DNA of 64,000 nt, taken from positions 1-64,000 of the IMG/VR virus record IMGVR_UViG_3300033485_000003, one strand, 5' to 3'. Below, in pieces: positions 19,405 to 26,981 of the stretch. Source of the stretch: a virus. Under the pieces are notes generated by a model that worked only from the letters and a program-made list of their open reading frames with translations, was not told the origin of the DNA and did no database searches. The translations under genes were made by a program, and so were the position numbers. Position 1 is the stretch's first letter. Each line of letters begins with the position of its first letter.

Positions 19405-21783
19405 ATGGCCGTCTTGCGCCAAGCAAACCTACTGGGAAGTCAACGAGTCGACGTCCCCCACCTACGCGCACTCGAGTCCGCAACAGCGGCAGACTTCGAT
19501 GTTGTCGCAGGACGCGTGCAGGCTGGCGGTAAGGCGCTTGTTATTCGCGGCTTCGAACTCGGCAACTTCAGCGCTGGTACGGCCACGTCGAATGTCCAAC
19601 TCAATACTGCCGATGGTGTGTTGTACAATCAAAATGCGACCGAATCCGGCACGTTTTTGTGGGTACCGCTCGACCGTCCGGTAGAAGTCCTTGACTCGGC
19701 CCTCAACCCTCGGGTCGATGGGTCTTTTGTCGCGAGCGCCGTCAATTACATCGGTATCGACTTGACGCGTCAAACTGACGTTACCACGACAGACCACGTC
19801 AAGTTTTTGGACGCCAACACCCTACTCGAACAGGGATATGAAGTCCCACTGGCACGCACGCTGGATTATCGCATCGTCATTACATCGACGCCATTCAGTG
19901 CCCTCCCGCACCTCACGCCAATCGCCAAAGTCACATCCAACGCGAACAACCAGGTTGTAAGTGTCGAAGACGCCCGCAACATCATGTGGCGCCTGGGAAG
20001 CGGCGGAGATTTCCCGCAAACATCAAACAGCTTCGCTTGGCCGCAAGACCGAGTTGAGACAGCTGGCGCGTTCTCGGGTGGCGACAAGGGCATTCTTTCA
20101 CAGAAGGATTGGCAAGACGCCGTCATGTCTCGCGTATGGGAAATCGGCGGCGGCGAAAATTGGTACTCCCCCACAGCCGACCGCAACGTCAAGTTGGCCG
20201 GCAACCCGTCAAGCTTGTTCACTTCCACCGCAGATAACTTCGAGTGGTTGGCTGGCCTATACACCGTTAACCACCTGCATTGGAAGGGGCTGAAGTTCCT
20301 CTTCGACAATGCCAACACGGCCGGCGTATACTACAACACAATCACAGATCAACTAGTGGACGACCCCGCAGGTTCAGCTGCGACATCCAAGACGTCGTTG
20401 GCGGTAGGGGATTGTTTGTATGTCGACCTAGACCGCAGCTCCAACGCCACGTTGGTAGCCCAAAAAGCGGCAATGCAAACCCTAGGCGAGCCGGTCAATC
20501 CGGGTTCGCGCGTGATTATCGCCTGGCGCAATGCCGACGGTGTGTTCCGCCGTGACGGCACATTCGCGGTGAACACCTCGTTTGCTCCAGCCACCACCGT
20601 AGCCATTGGCGCTGTGCGGCTCGCTTACGCAGCCGGAACACCCGGAACCCCTACAGTTCTGCCGTTGGATGCCAACAACACCCTCCGCATCGGAGAGGGC
20701 TCGTATCTCGTATCTGGAGCAAATCCCGCTACATATAGCTTTTCGGCTAGCGGCTACGGCGTCCACGGTCAGTCAACAACTAGCTCTGGAGTTTACGGCT
20801 CCGGATCCACCATCGGCGTTGAAGGCGAGTCGACCGTTTCGGGCGCTGGTATTTACGGACACTCTGCCGCCACCAATAGCACTGGCGTTATGGGTTGCGG
20901 AATAGCCCGAGGTCTCTACGGTGGCCCCGGAACTACCGGAAACACGCCTGTCACCGGGGCGTACTGCGAAGGCTCAACGGCTGGGGTAGAGGGCTTCTCT
21001 ACTGCGACCGGGGTTTGGGGACATGGCGGGACAATCGGGTGTTACGGTAGCGGGTCGACTCATGGGGTACAGGGCTTCTGCACTGGGACTTCAGGCGATC
21101 GCTTTGGTGTCCGCGGAGAAGCTGGCGGAACGGGTGCTGGTGATATAATCGGAGTCTATGGCACGGGCCCTACGTACGGGGTGCAAGGGAATAGCTCTGG
21201 CACTGCGCTATACGGCTCAGGCGGCGACATCGGCTGTTACGGATCTGGAAACTCTTATGGGGTGCAAGGAAATAGCTCGGGCACTGCGCTATATGGTTCT
21301 GGAGGGACGATCGGTGTCTATGGCAATGGAAGTGCGTTTGGCGTCCAAGGCGTCAGTGCTGCAACCGCGCTATACGGCTCAGGCGGGGTCGTCGGCGTTG
21401 ATGGAACAGGTTCGAACAAAGGTCTTGCTGGACTGGCGACAGGGACGGGCGGAGATCGGTATGGCGTGTATGGAGTTGCAAGCGGCACTGGGGGCGGTAG
21501 CCTAATTGGTGTTTATGGCGAAGGCGCCACGGCAGGCGTTCACGGGGTGGGTGCATTTGCAGCTGCTGGCGTTTGGGGGAGCAGCACCGATGGAGTCGGA
21601 GGGGTTTTTGAGGGTAACGCCACGAGAGCTCCCATTAACCTTGGATGGCGCACTGCCGCACCTACAAGTGGGGTGGCTGGAGATATGTATTTAGACTCTA
21701 GCGACGGGCCTGGCTCGGTTGTCATGCATGTATGCGTGACATCCGGAACTCCAGGAACATGGAAGCAGATCATATTTCCATAA
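19405..21783 (+). CDS. Tail fibre / baseplate protein with Gly-rich repeat C-terminus
   Basis: 792 aa, ATTVAIGAVRL fibre motif and 9-aa GVYG periodicity. C-terminus is paralogous to 12548. Confidence 0.65.
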   Translation: MAVLRQANLLGSQRVDVPHLRALESATAADFDVVAGRVQAGGKALVIRGFELGNFSAGTATSNVQLNTADGVLYNQNATESGTFLWVPLDRPVEVLDSALNPRVDGSFVASAVNYIGIDLTRQTDVTTTDHVKFLDANTLLEQGYEVPLARTLDYRIVITSTPFSALPHLTPIAKVTSNANNQVVSVEDARNIMWRLGSGGDFPQTSNSFAWPQDRVETAGAFSGGDKGILSQKDWQDAVMSRVWEIGGGENWYSPTADRNVKLAGNPSSLFTSTADNFEWLAGLYTVNHLHWKGLKFLFDNANTAGVYYNTITDQLVDDPAGSAATSKTSLAVGDCLYVDLDRSSNATLVAQKAAMQTLGEPVNPGSRVIIAWRNADGVFRRDGTFAVNTSFAPATTVAIGAVRLAYAAGTPGTPTVLPLDANNTLRIGEGSYLVSGANPATYSFSASGYGVHGQSTTSSGVYGSGSTIGVEGESTVSGAGIYGHSAATNSTGVMGCGIARGLYGGPGTTGNTPVTGAYCEGSTAGVEGFSTATGVWGHGGTIGCYGSGSTHGVQGFCTGTSGDRFGVRGEAGGTGAGDIIGVYGTGPTYGVQGNSSGTALYGSGGDIGCYGSGNSYGVQGNSSGTALYGSGGTIGVYGNGSAFGVQGVSAATALYGSGGVVGVDGTGSNKGLAGLATGTGGDRYGVYGVASGTGGGSLIGVYGEGATAGVHGVGAFAAAGVWGSSTDGVGGVFEGNATRAPINLGWRTAAPTSGVAGDMYLDSSDGPGSVVMHVCVTSGTPGTWKQIIFP
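21175..21417 (+). repeat. Three degenerate tandem 81-bp (27-aa) repeats
   Basis: Units start at 21175, 21256 and 21337 (YGVQGNSSGTALYGSGG...). Confidence 0.85.
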
Positions 21784-21830
21784 TTGAACACAACCCTTAG
21801 AATACACGAAGAATCCAGTAGGAGTATAAG

Positions 21831-22097
21831 GTGGAAATCATAGCCCCCATCGCCGGTGCGCTTGCACAAGGATCGGTCGGTGTAGCCGCCCTGGCTATTG
21901 CTGGGATGGTGTGGCTATTCGTCACCAACCAACGCCTGATCGCCGCACAAAAGCTGGAGGTCGCTGCACTTAACGAAAAAGTGGCGACAATCCTAGAAAA
22001 AATCATCCCGCTCACTACGCTGGTTCCACCGGCTATCGAAAAAGTGCGCGACACAGCCGAACGGCTGGAGCGGGTCATCATCGAAGTGAGAAAGTAG
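21831..22097 (+). CDS. Putative holin
   Basis: 88 aa, one TM segment plus coiled coil, AGGAG SD, upstream of the endolysin. Confidence 0.5.
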   Translation: MEIIAPIAGALAQGSVGVAALAIAGMVWLFVTNQRLIAAQKLEVAALNEKVATILEKIIPLTTLVPPAIEKVRDTAERLERVIIEVRK

Positions 22098-22131
22098 GGT
22101 GGGATATGTTAATCCCCTACGACCGCGCCAT

Positions 22132-22143
22132 AATCTTGACGGT
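22132..22143 (+). promoter_or_regulatory. Putative late promoter AATCTT-N5-T
   Basis: taatcttgacggt|ATG, which re-assigns the start of the 22099 ORF to 22144. Confidence 0.6.
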
Positions 22144-22392
22144 ATGGCCATCACGGCGATTAGAGCATCGAGACGCACTCCGACTCAGTCGGAGACAACT
22201 CTGGCTCTACCCCCATCGGAGCTAGACATCATGGTGACACGATTCATTCAGTCATTACAGCCAGGTAAACGGGAAGTAGAAGAGTTGTATCAACGCTTTT
22301 TGCACGCGGCCCAAGAGGCTGCGAGTCAAATTCAGCGCAATGAAGAGCGTCGGCGCTCTACGTGTCGGGAGGAGTCAAATGTCAACGTTTGA
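22144..22392 (+). CDS. Hypothetical protein in lysis cassette
   Basis: In-frame ATG right after the late motif; overlaps the endolysin start. Confidence 0.5.
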   Translation: MAITAIRASRRTPTQSETTLALPPSELDIMVTRFIQSLQPGKREVEELYQRFLHAAQEAASQIQRNEERRRSTCREESNVNV

Positions 22393-22942
22393 AAATGCTA
22401 TTCCGGTGATTCTAGCCCATGAAGGAACAGAGACTAACCACTGGGTGTGCGATGTTGACGACCTTGGTGGGGAGACCCAGTGGGGTATCTCGATGATGTT
22501 CATCAAAGCCGAGAAGTTGACCCCGCAAGATCTCGGACTCGACGCACTCACGTTTTATCCAGGGAGCCTCAAGTTGGTGACGAAGGCGGCGTGCATTGAA
22601 ATCTACCGCCGATGCTGGTGGGATCGTTACGGGTTCGGCGCCATCCTCGACCAAACTGCGGCGACAAAATGTATGGATATGGCGGTCAATGCCGGTCCGG
22701 GTCGATCTGCTAAGATCGCCCAAGGCGCTGTCAACACCCTCACGCCAGGAAAGCTTGTCGTTGACGGAGCGTTCGGCCCAATGACCTACGGAGCTATCAA
22801 CGCCCTCGACGGCAAGAAATTCGTAAAAGCATTCAGCGTTTGCCAGGCTCAGTATTACACCGATATTGCGGAAGCCAGGCCTGCCAACAAGAAATTCTTG
22901 AAGACCTGGCTACGTAGAGCGAATTGGGGTGTCACACCGTAG
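22379..22942 (+). CDS. Endolysin, glycoside hydrolase family 108 with PG-binding domain
   Basis: ILAHEG...D.GGETQWGI, IYRR.WW, DMAVNAG, VDG.FGP.T and FLKTWLRR. GGAGGAG SD before ATG 22379. Confidence 0.85.
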   Translation: MSTFENAIPVILAHEGTETNHWVCDVDDLGGETQWGISMMFIKAEKLTPQDLGLDALTFYPGSLKLVTKAACIEIYRRCWWDRYGFGAILDQTAATKCMDMAVNAGPGRSAKIAQGAVNTLTPGKLVVDGAFGPMTYGAINALDGKKFVKAFSVCQAQYYTDIAEARPANKKFLKTWLRRANWGVTP

Positions 22943-23378
22943 CGCGCATCTCCGGACCATTAGGTGCGAGCGACCCCGGTGGCCACTGGTAAAATCCCCC
23001 ATAGGTCTCGGTCCAGCGCTTTTCCGTCCGCCCAGACGTTCTGGTCGCCTTGAGTGCAGGCATCCATTGGAATTTGAACACGGCCCCGGAAATCTGGTAG
23101 CGCATGTCCGCCACCCAATCCCGTGCGGCCTCATTGGCTCGTTCGAAGCTGGCGTCCGGCGTAGAATACACCGAATAAACCGCCAATGACTTCTTGTCGC
23201 CCTTGCCGGTCAACACCCCCAAGACCTTCTTACCACTGGCCGACAAGAACGCGCACTGGTGCAAGATGTGCTTCCACTTAGCGTCGATGTCAAATGATGC
23301 GGTAAATGTTCCACCGGAAAAATCAATCCACTCCAGAGGTCCTTCGACGTACGGGGCGATACTATACGAATCACACAT
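22932..23378 (-). CDS. Hypothetical protein
   Basis: 148-aa ORF, last gene of the - strand run, convergent with the endolysin. Confidence 0.6.
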   Translation of the reverse strand: MCDSYSIAPYVEGPLEWIDFSGGTFTASFDIDAKWKHILHQCAFLSASGKKVLGVLTGKGDKKSLAVYSVYSTPDASFERANEAARDWVADMRYQISGAVFKFQWMPALKATRTSGRTEKRWTETYGGFYQWPPGSLAPNGPEMRATV

Positions 23379-23661
23379 TTGGGAGCTCCACTGCAGCTTT
23401 GGTTGTTTCCGTCTCGACTACATTTTCTACGACATCTGTCAAGAAAATCTGTCGACATTCTTCTGAGCAAATAGGAGTGCACGGACACTCATCGACGACC
23501 GCGCGCCACCCCGTCCTTTGGCCGCACACCAAACATGGATACTTCCTACCTGTTTGTTGCATTTGCCCTTCCTCGACATCCACTACGACCGAGGCCGCCG
23601 GAGTAAAAAACTGCGGCCTGAACGCCAGCATGACTTCCGGAAAGCGTTCGTCAAAGCGCAT
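23371..23661 (-). CDS. Small Zn-binding hypothetical protein
   Basis: CLVC...CSEEC; overlaps its neighbours. Confidence 0.6.
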   Translation of the reverse strand: MRFDERFPEVMLAFRPQFFTPAASVVVDVEEGQMQQTGRKYPCLVCGQRTGWRAVVDECPCTPICSEECRQIFLTDVVENVVETETTKAAVELPNV

Positions 23662-24145
23662 CGAGATGACTCAGGATTTGCTCTAGGAGCTGTGGGCGGT
23701 ATTCTTCCATCTCTTCGTTCAGTGGGTCAATGAAGTCGCGCTTCTCTCGGTCGAGACGTACGCGGCCGCACTCATCCCCCGGGCTCGGGAGCGCCGTCAC
23801 AGGGGTGTCGTTCGACGACCAAGTGAACACAATCGTCGTGGGCTCCCCATCAAAACAGTAAGGCGTGGCGTACAGCGTTCCGTACTCCTGTTCAAACCCG
23901 ATGGACGGCTTGCGGCCCTTCGCCCAGGTCTCTTGAATCTTGACCGACTCCGACTTCATGGCATCGAAGAAGCGCGCGACTTCGTCTACCGTAGGTTGGC
24001 TGGCGGCCGCCTCTTGCGTCATATTGTCAGTGCACTTCGGACAGTAATCTCCGCCATAATCGTCGCTGGACCACCCAAGCGTGTCCGCCACTTCGACTCG
24101 ACATCCGTCGCACTGGGTCTTGTCATTCTCGCAGTTAAGGCTCAT
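23651..24145 (-). CDS. Hypothetical protein with N-terminal Zn finger
   Basis: CDGC...CPKC; AGGAG SD. Confidence 0.65.
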   Translation of the reverse strand: MSLNCENDKTQCDGCRVEVADTLGWSSDDYGGDYCPKCTDNMTQEAAASQPTVDEVARFFDAMKSESVKIQETWAKGRKPSIGFEQEYGTLYATPYCFDGEPTTIVFTWSSNDTPVTALPSPGDECGRVRLDREKRDFIDPLNEEMEEYRPQLLEQILSHLDAL

Positions 24146-24154
24146 TACATTCTC

Positions 24155-24415
24155 CTAAAATTCAGACGTCATCATTTTGCGCTGCTTGGCTTCCAACACC
24201 AAGACCCAACAGTCGCCGTCGTGTCTCATATCCAACGTCGCGAATGGACTACCACCGCAATTGTGCAACATCGGTGTATTGGCGATCTGCTGCAACAGCT
24301 CGATTTGCTCCCTACGGGATTCTGGCGAGCCATGGGCGCACGGCTCAGAGCGATACTCCAGTGACACTTGCTCTAAGCCGCCGCCCAAGTCCGACCGATG
24401 AACGGTCTTCTTCAC
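24155..24415 (-). CDS. Hypothetical protein
   Basis: 86 aa, GTGA overlap with the upstream gene. Confidence 0.55.
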   Translation of the reverse strand: MKKTVHRSDLGGGLEQVSLEYRSEPCAHGSPESRREQIELLQQIANTPMLHNCGGSPFATLDMRHDGDCWVLVLEAKQRKMMTSEF

Positions 24416-24600
24416 TCGAACTCCTCTTCGTCGTCATCGTCACGGACGTCATTCTCGTCGCCATCCTCGAGTTCGAAGCCGCTGGACGCCAGCTCCTCGT
24501 TGAGGGTGGACAAAAATTCATTCATGACGCCCTTCTTGACTGTAGGTAGGATCGCAACTGCAACATCACGGACAATAGAATCAAACTCTGCACGGGTCAT
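24412..24600 (-). CDS. Small protein with acidic tail
   Basis: 62 aa, AAGGAG SD, ends EDGDENDVRDDDDEEEFE. Confidence 0.7.
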   Translation of the reverse strand: MTRAEFDSIVRDVAVAILPTVKKGVMNEFLSTLNEELASSGFELEDGDENDVRDDDDEEEFE

Positions 24601-24645
24601 TTTACAACTCCTTGGTTTTACTGCGTGTTATGCTACTCAAATCTG

Positions 24646-24969
24646 TTAAAGGTCGGCCCAATCAGAATACCTAAGCTGAGCATTCTTCAGGGTCACGCCG
24701 CCAGGTGGCACGGCAGTCGGAAGAGGTCTCGGCTGCTCGTAGTTGCTCGCGGTCGCGGGTGTGGCATTGGTAGCGCCACCGAGCGGCACGACCAACAAAA
24801 TCAGATCTCGCAGCTCTCCTAGCTCATGCTCGTCCATAGGAACGCTCACGCTTTGAAATACGCACGCCGCAGTTGGGTCAGTATTCGGGATGTCGAACGA
24901 CAAAGTGTATTGCTCTTGCGCCTGCCCAGAACTCCCCACTTCAGACACTACAGTCTTAAACAATTTCAT
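24646..24969 (-). CDS. Hypothetical protein
   Basis: 107 aa, AGGAG SD. Confidence 0.65.
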   Translation of the reverse strand: MKLFKTVVSEVGSSGQAQEQYTLSFDIPNTDPTAACVFQSVSVPMDEHELGELRDLILLVVPLGGATNATPATASNYEQPRPLPTAVPPGGVTLKNAQLRYSDWADL

Positions 24970-25264
24970 AGCTACTCCTACAGTAATTCGGGAAAACGAA
25001 CAACGGCTGAAAGCTGTATTCGATCCTCTTGGCGTCCGACAAGGTCCACTTGACGTCCCACGGACACGAAAGAAGAGGGGGATTCCACAAGGTAGCTGTG
25101 CGATTTTTGTTGCGCTTCAGCTGGTCTTCCGACCACTTATTCAACATATTCACGTTTTGGTGAGCTTCTGTAACTGTATCTACCACACCCACCATCCACC
25201 GTTGAGTCTCTTTGCCCCAAAACGACTTCTTCTTTCCAATTACAACCCAAGCCTTGAGTTCCAT
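24956..25264 (-). CDS. Hypothetical protein
   Basis: Start re-assigned to MELKAW (TAATG overlap with the upstream stop). Confidence 0.55.
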   Translation of the reverse strand: MELKAWVVIGKKKSFWGKETQRWMVGVVDTVTEAHQNVNMLNKWSEDQLKRNKNRTATLWNPPLLSCPWDVKWTLSDAKRIEYSFQPLFVFPNYCRSSYEIV

Positions 25265-26043
25265 TATCTTCTCCAGGGATGCCATATGACGCCAGCTCCG
25301 TATGAGATACCAAAACTGTTTCCCGCCGTCAACCACACTTTAGGCCCTAGTTCGAATTTCCCGAAGTCGTAAGACACACCCACGGCCCCCAAAAACCCTG
25401 TCCCACCAACACCCAAATCTAGCGTTCCGCCGACCTTTTCGTACCACTTCGCCTGCAACATACGAGGATTCACTCCTGCGAGACGGATGTCGATACCGAC
25501 ATTCTCCTCTGACGATGCCACGTGAGATTCCCACGCCCCGTCGTCCTTCTGGCCCACCACCAGTGTAACTCGCAGCGGCCGCTTCTGCTGCACCTTCACG
25601 TAAGCCTCCGCTGGGCTTGTCTTGGTCCAGCCATCCACTCCGATGTACCCGAAGTCCTTCGAGAAGTCAACTTGAATACGTCCAGGGGATTCATCGTGTT
25701 GTGTGGCGTTCGCCAGCCCCTCGTAGGCCTTTTTCCATTGTAACACAAGGGTGTTGGCTGTCAGAAGTGTTTCTCCGCTCTTCTTGATCTCGTCGGTCAA
25801 GAGTTTGACTTGGACATCTTTGGAGTCCAACAAAGACTGCAACTGCTCATGCTCGACAGCCAGTTTTCGATACACACCCGCCTGGACTTCGACGGTGCGA
25901 TCCTTGTCGGACACGGCGTTGCGAAGGGACGTCAGCTCGTTTTCGTACGAGCAGCCCTTGATGCCGCCGAAAACGAGTAGCAATACGATGGCAGCAAAGA
26001 GTCCTGCCGCCAGATACTTCGCCACCGCGTCAGGAACCGTCAT
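25264..26043 (-). CDS. Envelope-spanning protein candidate (N-terminal TM, coiled coil, C-terminal beta-strand anchor)
   Basis: YLAAGLFAAIVLLLVFGG TM segment, heptad region, and Gly/aromatic amphipathic strands ending GVIWHPWRR. Confidence 0.55.
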   Translation of the reverse strand: MTVPDAVAKYLAAGLFAAIVLLLVFGGIKGCSYENELTSLRNAVSDKDRTVEVQAGVYRKLAVEHEQLQSLLDSKDVQVKLLTDEIKKSGETLLTANTLVLQWKKAYEGLANATQHDESPGRIQVDFSKDFGYIGVDGWTKTSPAEAYVKVQQKRPLRVTLVVGQKDDGAWESHVASSEENVGIDIRLAGVNPRMLQAKWYEKVGGTLDLGVGGTGFLGAVGVSYDFGKFELGPKVWLTAGNSFGISYGAGVIWHPWRR

Positions 26044-26381
26044 AGTGCCCTCCAGGCTACCACGCGTACCGCGTCATTATGGATGTCGTGATCTTGATGG
26101 TCGAAGACATTGCCGCACGAGTCAACCCAGCCGTAAAGTGTCCCGTACTCTGGGTCGCGATAAAGATACGGCTTGAGTGTCCGAATTGTGATAATGGATA
26201 CATTTGGAGCCTTCGTGTCCACTAGACAGCATAAATAATACCCGTCGGCCTCCAAGACGTCTTCTATTCCAGGGACCTCAACAAAACACCTATTGACGGG
26301 AAATTGCTTCATACCCCAATACGGGTCTCTGTCGAACCCCAACTCATAAAACATTTCAGTCAGAGTCATTTTCTTCAGCAT
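26040..26381 (-). CDS. Hypothetical protein
   Basis: 113 aa, GGAGG SD, ATGA overlap. Confidence 0.6.
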   Translation of the reverse strand: MLKKMTLTEMFYELGFDRDPYWGMKQFPVNRCFVEVPGIEDVLEADGYYLCCLVDTKAPNVSIITIRTLKPYLYRDPEYGTLYGWVDSCGNVFDHQDHDIHNDAVRVVAWRAL

Positions 26382-26382
26382 A

Positions 26383-26949
26383 TCAGCCTCCTAAAATCGC
26401 GTCGATAAAGCCAGCCTTCAAGGCCTCTGGCGCGGTAAAATACGTCTCTTTTGCACACCATCTAGACACTTGCTTCGGCGTAGCTCCGCTTCGGCGTGCA
26501 AGAACCCCTTGAATTCGCCGATTACTCAACTTACACTCTTCGTTCATCCGGTGCATAGCGGTGGTGTCAAGCTCTTCGTCCCCCATCTTAAAGCTGGCGT
26601 TGTGCACCATCAGCAACGAATTCTCCGTCATGATACGCTTTTGACCAGCCTGCAACAACACTGCGCCAATCGAATAAACTCCACCACGACCGAAAGTGGT
26701 GGTAGGGTTCTTGCAGTTCCGGATCACATCATACAAAGCCAGACCGGCGTCAATATCACCGCCCGGCGTAGAAAGATGGAAGCCAATCGGACCTGGAGTT
26801 TCATCCAACATAAAAATGCCTGGAGTTAGGTCTTGTGCCGATTTATCCGAGATGGTACCGAAGATGTAGACGCGACGGACCTCGAAATCAATGCCGGAAG
26901 CTTTGGCTGTATCGAGGCGCTGCATCCGGTTCGTCAGTTTGGTGGTCAT
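26383..26949 (-). CDS. clpP: ClpP-family protease
   Basis: RRVYIFG, STPGGD, YSIG (Ser nucleophile), MVHNA (His) and ETYFTAPEALKAGFID. Confidence 0.85.
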   Translation of the reverse strand: MTTKLTNRMQRLDTAKASGIDFEVRRVYIFGTISDKSAQDLTPGIFMLDETPGPIGFHLSTPGGDIDAGLALYDVIRNCKNPTTTFGRGGVYSIGAVLLQAGQKRIMTENSLLMVHNASFKMGDEELDTTAMHRMNEECKLSNRRIQGVLARRSGATPKQVSRWCAKETYFTAPEALKAGFIDAILGG

Positions 26950-26981
26950 GACCTATCCATATCTCGAGAAGACCTTCAATG

